Shown here: one piece after another, positions 27,167-39,523 of the stretch
Layout: the number at the start of each line of letters is the position of its first letter
Position numbering within the stretch: position 1 is the stretch's first letter
DNA from: an uncultured bacterium
Lineage (GTDB): Bacteria > Patescibacteriota > Patescibacteriia > Magasanikbacterales > UBA922
Direction: 5' to 3'
Length of the DNA stretch: 64,000 nt
Assembly: GCA_937861125.1 (NCBI GenBank)
Contig: CALMAY010000037.1
Location: forward strand, 4,941-68,940
The notes under the pieces: model-generated
The model's input: the letters and a program-made list of their open reading frames with translations, nothing else
The model's database searches: none
What the model was told of the DNA's origin: nothing
Made by a program: the position numbers and the translations under genes

Positions 27167-27880
27167 TTATTTCACTGCTTCGAGTTTTTTCTTCTCAAAC
27201 TCTGCTTTTCCTTCTTTTACCGCTGCAGCAAAGAGGTTGATGATCAATGTGAGAGATTTTACTGCATCGTCATTTGCTGGGATTGGATATGTAATTTTTT
27301 CTGGATTTGCGTTTGAATCACATACACCAAAGACAGGCACGCCCATCTTATTGGCTTCCATAATTGCAGTTTTTTCTTTTTGTACACTTGGGATAAAGAG
27401 TGCTGCTGGCATGTTTTCTACAGTTTCCAAACCAGCGAGTGTAACACTCATTTTTTCAATTTGTTTGTCGATGCGAACACGCTCTTTCTTTGTGTAACGC
27501 TCCCACTCACCTGTCTCTTTTTCTGTTTTCATGCTTGTGTATTTTTTGAGCAAACGGCGGAACTCTCCAAAATTGGTAAGTAAACCACCCATCCAACGCT
27601 CAACCAAGAATGGTGAACCACAATCAATTGCAGCTGCACGAAGAATGTTTTTTGCCTGTGGTTTTGTGGTCACAAACAAAATTGTTTTTCCTTCTGACGC
27701 CATTTGTTTGGCAGTCGCGAGGATGGTTTCGAGCTGTGCCTGTGTCTTTTCCAGATCAAGCACGTGTACACCTGCACGTTCTGTGTGAATAAACGGCTTC
27801 ATTTTTGGATGCCAACGACTGGTTTTGTGTCCAAAGTGAACACCAGCTTCGAGCATCTCCACTAAACTTGGAATTTGCAT
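27167..27880 (-). CDS. rpsB: 30S ribosomal protein S2
   Basis: LLEAGVHFGHKTSRWHPKMKPFI... and VFGVCDSNANPEKITYPIPANDDA are S2 signatures. Confidence 0.96.
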   Translation of the reverse strand: MQIPSLVEMLEAGVHFGHKTSRWHPKMKPFIHTERAGVHVLDLEKTQAQLETILATAKQMASEGKTILFVTTKPQAKNILRAAAIDCGSPFLVERWMGGLLTNFGEFRRLLKKYTSMKTEKETGEWERYTKKERVRIDKQIEKMSVTLAGLETVENMPAALFIPSVQKEKTAIMEANKMGVPVFGVCDSNANPEKITYPIPANDDAVKSLTLIINLFAAAVKEGKAEFEKKKLEAVK

Positions 27881-27969
27881 AATTTCCTTGTTACCTCCCC
27901 ATACGACCCCCCGAAGTGATTCAGGAGAGGAAATTGGTATGTATGGGTGAGAAATAAATATGAGCGGAT

Positions 27970-28078
27970 TGTATACGAAAATGGCTTATCTGTCAAGGAA
28001 ATGTGGGCTTACAGGGCCTAACAGGCTCAAGAAGCTTAAAATATAGGCCTCTTGAGCATTTTAAGCTTCTTAAGCCTG
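27970..28078. repeat. long imperfect palindrome, family B copy 2
   Basis: Left arm GGGCTTACAGGGCCTAACAGGCTCAAGAAGCTTAAAAT, right arm ATAGGCCTCTTGAGCATTTTAAGCTTCTTAAGCC. Shares its head and core with 14669-14761. Confidence 0.8.
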
Positions 28079-28132
28079 ACAAATTAGCAACATTCTCATT
28101 TCTCTCTTTTTCGTGTATACTACTCTCCATAT

Positions 28133-28879
28133 ATGGATCCCTCGTTTCAACCACAACCAAAATGGTACCAAACCCACATAGGACGTGTTTTTTTGGCTAT
28201 ACTAACCTTTATTTTTATTATCACTCTCTCATTTAGCATGTTGGTCGGGTATTACCTCTGGCAGGTATTTCGTGGCAACGAAGTAATCCTAAAAAGTCCA
28301 TTTTCCTCTACACTCAGCCAAGAAACACTTTCACAAAAAGCAAAGGATGTCTCAGAGAAAGAGCTTGCCGAAGTGATCCATCCTCAGAATCCCACACATG
28401 GTGAAGATAGCGCACCTATCACTATCATTATGTTTATTGATTTTGAATGCCCATATTGTCGTGCCTCATTTGCACCTCTCAATGAAGCTCTCGCAGAATA
28501 CGGAGAGGCCGTGTATATGGTATTTAAACACGTCCCACTCCTCGCTATCCATCCACGATCAGTCGCCGCTTCCCTCGCAGCACAATGTGCTCATGAACAA
28601 GGCAAATTTTGGGAATACCATGACACTCTTTTTACCGCCCAAGATCTGTCAGATACAGGACTCATGCAAGCAGCACGTCTACACAACCTGGATATACCAA
28701 AATGGTCCGCATGCCAAAAAGAAAGTCGGATTGAAACGCTTTTAAACAAAGATCTCAAAGATGCAACCACACTCGGTATACGCGGAACACCTACTTTTTT
28801 TGTCAACGGTACACGTATCGAAGGAGTGAAAACTGCTGAAGAGTGGAAACGTATTTTATTGGAAGCATTGAAAAAATAA
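28133..28879 (+). CDS. membrane-anchored DsbA-family thiol:disulfide oxidoreductase
   Basis: N-terminal TM helix, then a thioredoxin fold with the active site FECPYCRA. 248 aa. Confidence 0.85.
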   Translation: MDPSFQPQPKWYQTHIGRVFLAILTFIFIITLSFSMLVGYYLWQVFRGNEVILKSPFSSTLSQETLSQKAKDVSEKELAEVIHPQNPTHGEDSAPITIIMFIDFECPYCRASFAPLNEALAEYGEAVYMVFKHVPLLAIHPRSVAASLAAQCAHEQGKFWEYHDTLFTAQDLSDTGLMQAARLHNLDIPKWSACQKESRIETLLNKDLKDATTLGIRGTPTFFVNGTRIEGVKTAEEWKRILLEALKK

Positions 28880-28952
28880 ATGAGTGAGGATCAAATGATC
28901 GGTAACCATTTTTTATATCTAGTGATCATTTTATCATCTGATCATTACCATT

Positions 28953-30620
28953 ATGACTGTACAAAAGATCATACACACTCTCCTACTTTCTGGCATTCTC
29001 CTGCCATGTTTTATCACTCCTGCATTTGCAGCAGAGGGTATTGATCCACGTTGCATGACGCTCGAAGATTGCAAGACAATGCGAGCACAGATTGGCGTTC
29101 CTGACGAAGAACTTGCTGATGGATTTATGACACGCGCTGATTCTGCTGAAGTACGACGCTCCTGCCCAGAAACAATGTTTGGTCTCGAAGGTGGCGAACA
29201 AAAAGAAGCAGGGCTCTGTCTCCCAGCTCAGGCAGCTGAGACAAAAATTGCGATTGGTGGCAAAACTACATTTCTCTCACTGGCAGAATACATCGCTTAC
29301 ATCTATCGGTATTCCATGATTGTCGCTGGGGCACTGTGTGTTTTATTACTTATTATTGCTGGTATTGAATGGACGATGTCGGGTGGAGATGGCAGCCGTA
29401 TTGATGAAGCCAAAAACAGAATCTCCAACGCTATCACCGGACTTATTTTGATGGCGACATCATATGTGGTTCTCTATACTATAGACCCCAATCTCACCAC
29501 ACTCAAGCCACCGGAAGTGTATATGGTACGTGGTGTGGGAGTATTTGATCCGTGGTGTAGTGCCATAGCAAATGACAACATGGCTCTGGGTGAAGCAAGA
29601 AACATGAGCCAACCAAATACGCAACCCACCCCATTTAAAACTGCGGACTTTAGCGCACGGCCAAATACTGCCAAATGTGGTTTTGAATATCATATCAGTG
29701 CATCCGAAGGACAGATGTGTAAAGGAAGTTATTGTGCCAGAAGTGCTACAGGAGCCATACAGACATGTGGACAAAAAACAAGCACGAGTACACCTACGTG
29801 TGTGGAAGGAAATATTGTTGGTAGAATATTTAGCTCGAACTTTTGGGAGGCCATTCGAGATGAAACATCTGCGGATAGATTTACCATTACTGCTGGCCGA
29901 TTTTTTTTAGGAGATGGGTGGATTTGGGATCCTGCATCTGGATGGATCCATGGATCTGGTTCTGGAAATCTAGCACTCAAAGCAGTGTGTGCTGATGGTG
30001 AAGTGATAGATGTTGATACAACGAATACGGTTACGCCACATGAAACAGACAAATCTCAATTCTACCAAATATCCGTAACAGAAGCTGCACTTGATCAAGC
30101 AAAGAACAGCTGTACTGGCACCAATATCCGCGGCTACCTGACATGGTTTGATCTTAATGAACTGGAGTTAGGCGATGTTGCGGCAAGTGGCAACTGGTAC
30201 GGTAGAGCAGGTGCGGGCTGTGTACTTGGTGTTGCAGGAGGCTGGATCGGATGTGGTGTTGGTGCAGTAGTCGCGCTAGCGGTTCCACTCGATCGTGTAC
30301 TAAGTACCGATGAAGAACACTATATTGGTAAAAAAAACACAGAGATTATCGACATTATAGATGAAGGAGGGGCAGAACTTACCTGCTATCTCTCAACTAT
30401 CGACCCCAATGTGTACTTAACCAAACAAGCAATTCTAAATGGTATACAAATGAATGTAGACATGAATGATATTGCTGATATAGATGATGACACCGCGGAT
30501 AGGATTAAAGCATATGGATCAATATATGAGAACTGTTGGAATACAGCGCAGGCAGAACACGCACAACAAGCAATTACAAATTATGAAAATGGGCCAAGAC
30601 CAGGATACAGGGAACGTTAA
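28953..30620 (+). CDS. secreted Cys-rich protein with a T4SS-pilin-like (TrbC/VirB2-like) two-helix membrane module
   Basis: Signal peptide ending in AFAAEG. The module [62 protein letters not shown] resembles CPR type IV secretion pilin domains. By my count there are about 18 Cys. Confidence 0.6.
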   Translation: MTVQKIIHTLLLSGILLPCFITPAFAAEGIDPRCMTLEDCKTMRAQIGVPDEELADGFMTRADSAEVRRSCPETMFGLEGGEQKEAGLCLPAQAAETKIAIGGKTTFLSLAEYIAYIYRYSMIVAGALCVLLLIIAGIEWTMSGGDGSRIDEAKNRISNAITGLILMATSYVVLYTIDPNLTTLKPPEVYMVRGVGVFDPWCSAIANDNMALGEARNMSQPNTQPTPFKTADFSARPNTAKCGFEYHISASEGQMCKGSYCARSATGAIQTCGQKTSTSTPTCVEGNIVGRIFSSNFWEAIRDETSADRFTITAGRFFLGDGWIWDPASGWIHGSGSGNLALKAVCADGEVIDVDTTNTVTPHETDKSQFYQISVTEAALDQAKNSCTGTNIRGYLTWFDLNELELGDVAASGNWYGRAGAGCVLGVAGGWIGCGVGAVVALAVPLDRVLSTDEEHYIGKKNTEIIDIIDEGGAELTCYLSTIDPNVYLTKQAILNGIQMNVDMNDIADIDDDTADRIKAYGSIYENCWNTAQAEHAQQAITNYENGPRPGYRER

Positions 30621-30622
30621 CA

Positions 30623-30651
30623 TTGACACCACATAATTTTTCTGTCATACT
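30623..30651 (+). promoter_or_regulatory. uvrA promoter
   Basis: TTGACA-N17-CATACT, 47 nt upstream of the ATG. Confidence 0.55.
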
Positions 30652-30697
30652 AGACACCCAAAAACAGGGTGTCTTTTGTTGAACTAACATTTTTTCT

Positions 30698-33550
30698 ATG
30701 CCCAAACAATCTGTCATCAATGTCCGTGGTGCACGTGTGCACAATCTCAAAAATGTTTCGGTAGATATTCCCAAAAATGCGATGACAGTGGTAACAGGAC
30801 TTTCGGGGAGTGGTAAATCATCTCTCGCCTTTGACACCATCTATGCTGAGGGACAACGCCGTTATGCGGAAAGTCTCTCATCATATGCGCGTCAGTTTAT
30901 GGGAGTTGGTGACAAACCTGATATTGATGATATCATTGGTCTCTCTCCGACGATTGCGATTGACCAAAAAAACATCTCTCAAAATCCACGTTCAACTGTG
31001 GGAACCTCGACTGAAATCTACGACCTGCTTCGTCTCCTCTTTGCTCGCGTCGGTGTTCAGTATGATCCAGCAACCAACACGCCAGTACGAGTCTACAGTG
31101 TCGGTGATATTGTCGAACGTGTCCGTTCACAAACAAAAAAACACGGCACAATAAAAATATTTAGCCCAATTATTTTTCGCACCAAAACCACTCTCGCCAA
31201 CACGATCAGTAAACTCGAACACATGCAAGCAGAGATTGTACGTATCAATGGAGTGGAAATGAAACTCGGTGATGTTCGTCGTTTTACCTTTGAACCAAAA
31301 CAAACATACACAGTAGAGATGCTCATCGCCACCTCTACTGCAGATGCAAAAAAACAAAACAATCTCGTCGATGTCATCAATAAGGCAGTAGACCTCAGCA
31401 ATGGATTTGTCATACTCGCCACTGACACACATCACGAAGAACTCCTCAGTACCGTTCCATTTTCACTCGAAAGTCAGCGACTGTTTGAACCACTTGAGTC
31501 ACGTAGCTTTAGTTTCAACAGTCCACACGGTGCCTGTCAACGTTGCACAGGACTCGGATACACCATGGAAGTCGATCGTGATTTGATTATCCCAAACCCA
31601 CGTCTCACACTCGCAGAGGGCGCTATCCAACCATGGATGCGTATTGTTGGCAATCAAGCATTTTACCAAAAACTCCTCACAGAGGTCGCTATTGCACACA
31701 AATTCTCCATGGATATCCCAGTAGAGAAACTCAGTAACGCAGCCATGCAAATTATTTTTTATGGCACAGACGGACAGCTCTACGAGGTAGATGGCAAACA
31801 AGTACACTTTGAAGGTGTTGTCCAAAACCTGCTTTTGCGTTACAACGAGACAGACTCAGACTACGTCAAAAAAGAAATCGAGGAATACATGCGCGAAGCG
31901 CGCTGTAGTGTCTGTGCTGGACGACGTCTCAAACCAGACTCACTCGCAGTACGAATCGGTGAACATAACATTGCAGACATTGCCGAAAAAACAGTCGAAG
32001 AAGCACACGAATATTTCGATACATTGTTACAATCAATTACAAAACAAACAAAAAACACAGACGCGATAATCAGTACCGCACAGATTCCAATCGTTGTTCC
32101 AATTTGTAAAGAAATTCTCAAACGACTCGAAACACTGACACGCGTCGGACTCTCATATCTGACACTTGATCGCTCTGTCACCACCATCTCAGGCGGTGAA
32201 GCACAGCGTATCCGTCTCTCAACCCAGCTCTCCTCTGGTCTCTCTGATGTCGTCTACATTCTCGACGAACCGTCTATTGGACTCCACCCAAAAGATACTG
32301 AAGAGTTGATTGATACGCTCCGAGCATTGCAAAAAAATGGCAACACAGTGATTGTTGTAGAGCACGATAACGCGATGATTGAAGCAGCGGACTATGTGAT
32401 TGATATGGGGCCAGGTGCTGGTACACGCGGTGGTGAGGTGATGGCTGTGGGTACACCAGAACAGATCAAGAAAAACAAAAAATCATTGACTGGACAATAC
32501 CTCGCAAACAAAGAAGAAATCGAAACACCAAAAAAATATCGCAAAGGCAGTGGGAAGTTTCTCACTATCAAAGGTGCGAAAGCATTTAACCTCAAAAATG
32601 TTGATGTCTCTCTCCCACTCGGAACACTGCTCTGTGTCACTGGTGTCTCTGGATCTGGTAAATCTACACTCATCTCAGATGTACTGAGTAAATCACTCCA
32701 CAAACAGCTCTACCGCGCCAAAGCAGAACCGGGTGCACACGACTCGATTGAGGGAACAAACAATATTGATAAAGTCATCACGATTGACCAAAAACCAATC
32801 GGTCGTACACCCCGCAGTAACCCTGCGACATATACTGGTGTATTCACTGCCATTCGTGATCTCTTTACCGAGGTACCAGAGGCCAAGATGCGTGGACTCA
32901 ACGCCGGTATGTTTAGTTTCAACGTCAAAGGTGGTGGGCGCTGTGAAGCATGTGCTGGTGATGGATCGATCCGCATCCCAATGCAGTTTCTCTCTGATGT
33001 CTATATGGAGTGTGGCGAATGCAACGGTAAACGCTATACCCGCGAAGCACTCGAGGTAAAACTCAAAGACAAAACCATCGCCGATGTCCTCGCGATGACG
33101 ATTGAGGATGCGGTCCGTTTTTTCTCAGACGTTCCTACCATTCGTGAAAAATTAAGCGTGTTGCAAGATGTTGGTCTGGGATACATCCAACTCGGTCAAA
33201 GTGCAACGACACTCAGTGGTGGTGAGGCACAACGAATTAAACTCGCAACAGAGCTCTCTCGCCGACAGACTGGCAAGACACTTTACATTCTCGACGAGCC
33301 GACTACCGGTTTACACTTTGATGATATCAAACGTTTACTCCTCGTTCTCAACAAACTCGTCGATAAAGGCAACACAGTACTGATGATCGAACACAATATC
33401 GACGTCGTCAAATGCAGTGACTGGGTGATCGATATGGGGCCTGGTGGCGGCAAGCACGGTGGACTCGTGGTAGCAGAGGGAACTCCAAAAGATGTAGCAA
33501 AAGTGAAAGGGAGTGCGACAGCGAAGTATTTGAAAGAAGTGTTGAAGTAA
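30698..33550 (+). CDS. uvrA: excinuclease ABC subunit A
   Basis: Two ABC modules ([14 protein letters not shown] and [14 protein letters not shown]), zinc-finger Cys clusters, and LSGGEAQRI twice. 950 aa. Confidence 0.97.
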   Translation: MPKQSVINVRGARVHNLKNVSVDIPKNAMTVVTGLSGSGKSSLAFDTIYAEGQRRYAESLSSYARQFMGVGDKPDIDDIIGLSPTIAIDQKNISQNPRSTVGTSTEIYDLLRLLFARVGVQYDPATNTPVRVYSVGDIVERVRSQTKKHGTIKIFSPIIFRTKTTLANTISKLEHMQAEIVRINGVEMKLGDVRRFTFEPKQTYTVEMLIATSTADAKKQNNLVDVINKAVDLSNGFVILATDTHHEELLSTVPFSLESQRLFEPLESRSFSFNSPHGACQRCTGLGYTMEVDRDLIIPNPRLTLAEGAIQPWMRIVGNQAFYQKLLTEVAIAHKFSMDIPVEKLSNAAMQIIFYGTDGQLYEVDGKQVHFEGVVQNLLLRYNETDSDYVKKEIEEYMREARCSVCAGRRLKPDSLAVRIGEHNIADIAEKTVEEAHEYFDTLLQSITKQTKNTDAIISTAQIPIVVPICKEILKRLETLTRVGLSYLTLDRSVTTISGGEAQRIRLSTQLSSGLSDVVYILDEPSIGLHPKDTEELIDTLRALQKNGNTVIVVEHDNAMIEAADYVIDMGPGAGTRGGEVMAVGTPEQIKKNKKSLTGQYLANKEEIETPKKYRKGSGKFLTIKGAKAFNLKNVDVSLPLGTLLCVTGVSGSGKSTLISDVLSKSLHKQLYRAKAEPGAHDSIEGTNNIDKVITIDQKPIGRTPRSNPATYTGVFTAIRDLFTEVPEAKMRGLNAGMFSFNVKGGGRCEACAGDGSIRIPMQFLSDVYMECGECNGKRYTREALEVKLKDKTIADVLAMTIEDAVRFFSDVPTIREKLSVLQDVGLGYIQLGQSATTLSGGEAQRIKLATELSRRQTGKTLYILDEPTTGLHFDDIKRLLLVLNKLVDKGNTVLMIEHNIDVVKCSDWVIDMGPGGGKHGGLVVAEGTPKDVAKVKGSATAKYLKEVLK

Positions 33551-33666
33551 TAGAAAAACTTACACTGTTTTTATTTTACCTAAGTTTTTAAGGTAATACA
33601 AATATACTATTGCATAGACAGTAGTATTTTTGTATTATTACTCTATAATCTATACAAAATAATTTT

Positions 33667-34896
33667 ATGGACGAAAGAATGCGGCACATAGGCGACCCAA
33701 CCAGACAACCTGATGAAAAAAAGTCAATACCAGAAATATACAGACTTACAGAATCCGGCGCGTCAGATAATGAAATCGCCCTGTACCTTTTCCGTGAATT
33801 CAACGCACATCATGATGGTGGACAAATCGCTGTTCTCGCATTTTTAGAACTCCAACGACGTCTTCCTAGTAATCAACCCATTTTTGAAATGTTAGCGCGT
33901 GATCCATCTCAAATAGGACAGGTCGCTCAGGAGATTCTTACGAATGGACAACTAGAGTGGTGGGAACTAGAAACGCGACTTAGTTCTAGAGAAAGAGCGC
34001 GATACACTACAAAAATAAGAGAGACTTACGAAGGAATTGGCTCATTTCTTAATGACTTATACGAATACGCAAAGAGAGAGAAAATGGCTAAACCAGAAAT
34101 ACTTGAATCTATTCATAGATTTACCTCTTATGCACATACAAAAGATGTAGCAATAGGCAGTAACCGACACAAAAGAGGGGCGGTAGTAGAGGAGTATATA
34201 GTACAAAGTTATACTTTCGGAGTTAATGAACCAGCATATGCAGAGACCTTGGGGCCTCATGAAATTTTGAGATTACGCGCTTTGCAGAGCCCACGAATGG
34301 CCTTACTTGGTTCATATTTTACTCACTCAGCACGTGAATTTGCCACATTTTGTAAAAAAATAAATCAACGCACAGAGCCTATAGTGATTGATAAAGATCC
34401 AGAGTGTGTTGCGGCGATAAACCAACACACACATGAAAACGGACTGGCTGTTGCACAAATGGACGCCTTAGCTCTAGAAAATATGAGTGAAATGGACACA
34501 CTTTTCACCAATCATTTGTTTCACTTTCTACTACAAAATAAGGGTGATAGTACAACAAGAGATGTACTTTTACGATTTTTTAAGAATGCATATGCTGCAT
34601 TAAATGAAAGCGGATCATTGGTAGTTGTGGAACAGCCATTTGGTTTTGATGACATTGGAGGTTACAGAGCGTTTCAATCATTTGTTATACGCATAGCAGA
34701 AGAATGTGGTTTCAAACCAGAAAAGAGAACAAATTCTGGAAACTACGGCTTTCCATTCAGAATGAATGTAGTGCAACCACCGGACACAAACACGGGTGTG
34801 CAACTGAATCAATATGGTTTTGCAGAATATGGTGATAAATTACTAATGACAGACTCAGAAAATAATCTATACACAAGATTTTCAAAGCAAAAATAA
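33667..34896 (+). CDS. hypothetical protein; the C-terminal half is loosely class-I-methyltransferase-like
   Basis: 409-aa ORF. The segment IVIDKDPECVAAIN...LNESGSLVVVEQP resembles post-motif-I MTase strands, but I could not see a clear GxGxG. Confidence 0.5.
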   Translation: MDERMRHIGDPTRQPDEKKSIPEIYRLTESGASDNEIALYLFREFNAHHDGGQIAVLAFLELQRRLPSNQPIFEMLARDPSQIGQVAQEILTNGQLEWWELETRLSSRERARYTTKIRETYEGIGSFLNDLYEYAKREKMAKPEILESIHRFTSYAHTKDVAIGSNRHKRGAVVEEYIVQSYTFGVNEPAYAETLGPHEILRLRALQSPRMALLGSYFTHSAREFATFCKKINQRTEPIVIDKDPECVAAINQHTHENGLAVAQMDALALENMSEMDTLFTNHLFHFLLQNKGDSTTRDVLLRFFKNAYAALNESGSLVVVEQPFGFDDIGGYRAFQSFVIRIAEECGFKPEKRTNSGNYGFPFRMNVVQPPDTNTGVQLNQYGFAEYGDKLLMTDSENNLYTRFSKQK

Positions 34897-34901
34897 ACTA
34901 T

Positions 34902-34937
34902 AAAAAACCACCTCGTATTATACGGCGTGGTTTTTTG
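34902..34937. terminator. bidirectional terminator between the 33667 gene and ftsH
   Basis: AACCAC...GTGGTT stem, extended to about 10 bp, flanked by an A-run and a T-run. Confidence 0.6.
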
Positions 34938-34948
34938 TTTAAACTGTT

Positions 34949-36787
34949 TTACGCCCCCATAATCGCGCGGAACTCCTCCTGCTCCACCGTCTCAACCTCA
35001 AGCAGTCGTTTGACCAGTGCATCCATCTGTGCACGGTGTGCCACGATCGTTTCTTTGGCACGAGTGAGTGCTTCATCGAGTACGAGACGAATCTCTTCAT
35101 CAATCACCTCGGCTGTTTTTTCACTATAGTTTTTCTTGTCATGGATTTCCTGTGCGAGGAAGATGAACTCTTCGTTTTCACCATACTGACGTGGTCCAAG
35201 TTTGTCACTCATACCATACATCTTGACCATCTTGGTCGCCAGCTGTGTTGCTTTTTTGAGATCACTACTTGGACCAGTAGAAAGCTGATCATCTCCATAG
35301 ATGAGTTTCTCAGTCACATACCCACCCATGATCATCGCCATTTGATCTTTCATCTGTGCAATCGTCGTGTAGCGCACATCACCCTCTGGCATCGATAATG
35401 TATATCCACCCGCACGACCACGACCAATGATACTCACCTTTCGTACCGCATCAGCATGTTTCATAAAGTGACCAACAATCGCATGCCCCGCCTCGTGATA
35501 CGCTGTCATCTCACGTTCTTTGTCTGTCATCACACGAGATTTTTTGGCTGGACCAATCAGCACTTTCTCAATACTCTCCAAAATCATATCCTGAGTTACC
35601 TCTGTCTTTTCTTGACGTACAGCCAAAATTGAGGCTTCATTGAGCAGGTTTTCAAGATCAGCTCCTGCCATCCCAGGAGTCCGCTCTGCTACTTTTCGTA
35701 GATCCACATCTGCTGCCATTGGCTTGCCTTTGGCATGTACTTTGAGAATCTCTTCGCGCTCAGCGATATCTGGCATATCAATCACCACCTGGCGATCAAA
35801 ACGACCCGGACGAAGCAATGCCTGATCCAACACATCTGGTCGGTTGGTTGCAGCCATGATAATCACCCCTGCATTTGGCTCAAACCCATCCATTTCAACG
35901 AGGATCTGGTTGAGTGTCTGCTCACGCTCATCATGTCCACCACCGAGCCCTGCACCACGTTTGCGTCCTACAGCATCAATCTCATCGATAAAAATAATAG
36001 CTGGTGCTGCTTTTTTGGCTTTGTTAAAGAGATCACGAACACGTGACGCACCCACACCGACAAACATCTCCACAAATTCAGATCCACTCATGTGAAAAAA
36101 TGGTACCCCAGCCTCACCTGCGACCGCCTTTGCCAGGAGTGTTTTACCTGTTCCAGGGCTTCCCATCAAGAGAACGCCTTTTGGAATCTTGGCACCCATA
36201 TCTGAATATTTTTTTGGACGTTTGAGAAAATCTACGATTTCTACCAGCTCTTCCTTGGCCTCACGAGCACCTGCGACATCAGCAAATGTCTTGATTTGAG
36301 GATTTTTTTCCTCTGGTTTCATCACTTTGGCACTACTTTGTCCAAATCCCATCGCTTTGTTGTTCATCCCAGAAACCTGGCGAGTCATGAAGTACAAAAT
36401 ACCTCCAAGCAACAAAAACGGAAACAGATATGGAGCCAACGCTTTGAACCAATACAATGCCCCACTTTCTTCTTTGATACGAATATCGACAGCTGCCAGC
36501 TTTTCTGGTGCCACATTATATGGCTGTACAAACTCAGAAAATGACTGTCCAACCTCTTTTTTGACCTCTTGTTTTTTGGCACCATCTTCGATAAGGGTTG
36601 CGGTGACGGTATCTCCTGTAACGTCAATACTTTTGACTTTTCCTTCATTGATCAGGGTCACCAATCCAGAAATACCAATCTCCTCAGCTTTTTCAGCATG
36701 ACTCGAGGCATAACTCATGACAGAAGCAACCAAAAAAAGAACGACGAAAATGGCAATAAAATTCTTCAAAAATGAGGGCATATGCAA
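34949..36787 (-). CDS. ftsH: ATP-dependent zinc metalloprotease FtsH
   Basis: Walker [14 protein letters not shown], the SRH region, and the zinc motif HEAGHAI. 612 aa. Confidence 0.97.
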   Translation of the reverse strand: MHMPSFLKNFIAIFVVLFLVASVMSYASSHAEKAEEIGISGLVTLINEGKVKSIDVTGDTVTATLIEDGAKKQEVKKEVGQSFSEFVQPYNVAPEKLAAVDIRIKEESGALYWFKALAPYLFPFLLLGGILYFMTRQVSGMNNKAMGFGQSSAKVMKPEEKNPQIKTFADVAGAREAKEELVEIVDFLKRPKKYSDMGAKIPKGVLLMGSPGTGKTLLAKAVAGEAGVPFFHMSGSEFVEMFVGVGASRVRDLFNKAKKAAPAIIFIDEIDAVGRKRGAGLGGGHDEREQTLNQILVEMDGFEPNAGVIIMAATNRPDVLDQALLRPGRFDRQVVIDMPDIAEREEILKVHAKGKPMAADVDLRKVAERTPGMAGADLENLLNEASILAVRQEKTEVTQDMILESIEKVLIGPAKKSRVMTDKEREMTAYHEAGHAIVGHFMKHADAVRKVSIIGRGRAGGYTLSMPEGDVRYTTIAQMKDQMAMIMGGYVTEKLIYGDDQLSTGPSSDLKKATQLATKMVKMYGMSDKLGPRQYGENEEFIFLAQEIHDKKNYSEKTAEVIDEEIRLVLDEALTRAKETIVAHRAQMDALVKRLLEVETVEQEEFRAIMGA

Positions 36788-36805
36788 TATATATAAGTAT
36801 AGGTT

Positions 36806-36834
36806 ACTATACTGTTTTTCACGTTAATTGTCAA
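36806..36834 (-). promoter_or_regulatory. ftsH promoter
   Basis: The minus strand reads TTGACA-N17-TATAGT. Confidence 0.6.
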
Positions 36835-37020
36835 TTGGCTCTACACAATACAAAAGAGAGAGAAATGCCAAATTACTAATTACTAATTTCTAACTAGAAT
36901 TGTAATCTCAATATTAAATTTAATCTTTTAGTCTTCCAATCTTCTCATCCGTACCAATTCCACCACCTCCACTTTCCCCACCATTCTTTCTATGTTACAA
37001 TAGAGTCACTTTTTTCTTTT

Positions 37021-39408
37021 ATGCGCAAACCAAAACAACTTCCTATCGAAACTGTCGCTACCACCGAGCTTTCTCGTGGTATTCTCGCGATCATCTACCT
37101 CGTCACAACTGCTATTATCACCCTCTCATTTTTTGACGCAGCTGGTGCATTTGGCACCATGCTCAATGAGTACGTCCTCTCTACATTGTTTGGTGGTATG
37201 CGGTTTGCAACACCACTTATTTTTGTTGTCCTTGCCTACTTTGTCATACGCGATGAAGTATACAACTATCGTGCAACACATACGATTGGTGGTGTCCTGT
37301 TTTTTATTGCGACATCAAGCATGCTCCACATGCATATAGAGCCTACATATATGTGGAGCGAGGCACTTTTGGGAAATGGTGGTGGTATGATTGGTATGTT
37401 TGCATGGGTAATGCAAAATTACCTTGGTAATCTTGCGGGATTTCTCGTACTTTTTGCGCTTCTCCTCATCTCACTCCTTCTTCTGTTTAATACACTTCTG
37501 ACACACCTAATATTACTTCACCATAAATTTTTTGAAGGTCTCGGCAGTATTGGCACACAATTTATCGCTATCATTCGACGCGTCTTTGAACGACCCAAAC
37601 AATATGATAGTTCATGGATGAACGACGAAAACAATGACGAAGAAGACACGCTTGAAAAAAAGAGGTCATTTTTTGCACGCAAGATTCAGGACGAAGAAGA
37701 AACTGAAGAGTCTGAGGACGCTGAGGATGATGAAGAAACTAATGACGCTGAAGAAAATGAAGATGAGGAGACACAAGAACCAGAATCAACTCTCGAAGAA
37801 CCAACCAGTAACGAGGTGCAGTATTTGCAAAATGTGATTATCAAGCAAGTACCACCAATGACCTTTTTGACAGAAAACAAAACCAAACCATCTATCGGTG
37901 ATGCCAAAGCCTCCCAGCAAACAATCAAAGACACATTTTCTGATTTCCGTATCGACGTCGACATGGGCGAAGTGCGGGTCGGACCAACGGTCACTCAGTT
38001 TACCTTTAAACCACAAAAAGGAGTAAAACTGACACGCATTACATCTCTTAATAACAATATTGCACTCGCACTTGCAGCTCATCCTATCCGTATCGAAGCG
38101 CCAATCCCAGGAACATCACTCGTAGGTATCGAGGTGCCAAATCTCAAAGCTGCACAAGTGACGATGAAAGAATTGCTTGAAAGTAAAGAATTTAAAACTC
38201 GTCCACACAACTTAATGGCAGTGCTCGGAAAAGATGTATCAGGTAAAGTCTGGCTCGCAGACCTCCCACGCATGCCCCACCTCCTCATCGCTGGTACGAC
38301 TGGTTCTGGAAAAACTGTCTGTGTCAACACACTCATCATGGGACTCCTCTACCAAAATACTGCAGAAACATTACGCTTTATTATGGTAGATCCAAAACGT
38401 GTAGAACTCACGATGTACAATGGTATACCACACCTCCTTACTCCTGTGATTACCAACGTACACCAAACCATCAACGCACTCAAATGGGCAATTGGTGAAA
38501 TGGATCGACGTTTTGAGCTACTTTCCCAAGTTGGCAACCGTGATATTGCGAGTTACAACAGCGCACATCCAGATAAAAAATTACCGCACATTGTCTTTAT
38601 CATTGATGAGCTCGCAGATCTGATGCAAACAGCAGGCAACGACATAGAAGCAGGTATTATCCGCCTCGCACAGATGGCTCGCGCGATCGGTATTCACCTC
38701 GTCGTCGCGACACAGCGCCCCAGTGTCGATGTTATTACTGGCTTGATGAAAGCCAACATCCCCGCCCGTATCGCCTTCTCTGTCGCATCTATCACTGACT
38801 CTCGCACCATTTTGGATGAACCAGGTGCAGAAAAACTTCTCGGTCGTGGTGATATGTTGCTCTCCACCGCAGAGCTTGGCAAACCAGTCCGCATCCAAGG
38901 TGCATACATCTCAGAAAAAGAAGTCAAAAGTGTCATCGAATATCTCAAAGGAGATGATGAACCACACTATGATACATCGATTGTGGAAAAACCAAATGGC
39001 GCCAAAGGTGGTACTGCCAATATGTTTGGTGGTCCAAGCGATGATCAAGATCCTATGTTTGAAGAAGCAAAACGAATCGTCGTCGAATCGGGCAAAGCCA
39101 GCGCGTCTCTCCTCCAACGCCGTCTACGTCTCGGATACGCTCGTGCAGCACGCGTACTCGATGAGCTTGAAGAAGCAGGGATTATCGGCCCAGCAGACGG
39201 TGCCAAACCACGTGACATATTGATCAAAAAAAGCCAACTCGAAGACACATCTATGCAAAGTGGTGGACACCTCAATGTCTTTGATACGCCACCGACAGAC
39301 ATCTTGGACGAACCAGCGTCGGACGATGACGAAGAATCAAACACAGATGACGATGATACAGCTGTTCCGGATGATATTGAAAATGAGAAACCTACGTTTC
39401 GATATTGA
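37021..39408 (+). CDS. ftsK: DNA translocase FtsK/SpoIIIE
   Basis: N-terminal TM helices, an acidic linker, the motor domain with GTTGSGKTVCVN, and a gamma-domain winged helix LLQRRLRLGYARAARVLDELEEAGIIG. Confidence 0.95.
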   Translation: MRKPKQLPIETVATTELSRGILAIIYLVTTAIITLSFFDAAGAFGTMLNEYVLSTLFGGMRFATPLIFVVLAYFVIRDEVYNYRATHTIGGVLFFIATSSMLHMHIEPTYMWSEALLGNGGGMIGMFAWVMQNYLGNLAGFLVLFALLLISLLLLFNTLLTHLILLHHKFFEGLGSIGTQFIAIIRRVFERPKQYDSSWMNDENNDEEDTLEKKRSFFARKIQDEEETEESEDAEDDEETNDAEENEDEETQEPESTLEEPTSNEVQYLQNVIIKQVPPMTFLTENKTKPSIGDAKASQQTIKDTFSDFRIDVDMGEVRVGPTVTQFTFKPQKGVKLTRITSLNNNIALALAAHPIRIEAPIPGTSLVGIEVPNLKAAQVTMKELLESKEFKTRPHNLMAVLGKDVSGKVWLADLPRMPHLLIAGTTGSGKTVCVNTLIMGLLYQNTAETLRFIMVDPKRVELTMYNGIPHLLTPVITNVHQTINALKWAIGEMDRRFELLSQVGNRDIASYNSAHPDKKLPHIVFIIDELADLMQTAGNDIEAGIIRLAQMARAIGIHLVVATQRPSVDVITGLMKANIPARIAFSVASITDSRTILDEPGAEKLLGRGDMLLSTAELGKPVRIQGAYISEKEVKSVIEYLKGDDEPHYDTSIVEKPNGAKGGTANMFGGPSDDQDPMFEEAKRIVVESGKASASLLQRRLRLGYARAARVLDELEEAGIIGPADGAKPRDILIKKSQLEDTSMQSGGHLNVFDTPPTDILDEPASDDDEESNTDDDDTAVPDDIENEKPTFRY

Positions 39409-39413
39409 CACAC

Positions 39414-39508
39414 GTGTCATTCCCGCGCAGGCGGGAATCTAGAACGTACCACAAGCACAAGATCCCCGATCAACCTCCGCTGCGGCGGAGTGTTGTCGAG
39501 GATGACAC
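39414..39508. repeat. MITE-like palindromic element, copy 3 (short)
   Basis: Termini GTGTCATTCCCGCGCAGGCGGGAATC and GATCCCCGATCAACCTCCGCTGCGGCGGAGTGTTGTCGAGGATGACAC. Confidence 0.75.
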
Positions 39509-39523
39509 ACCAATGCAACCACT

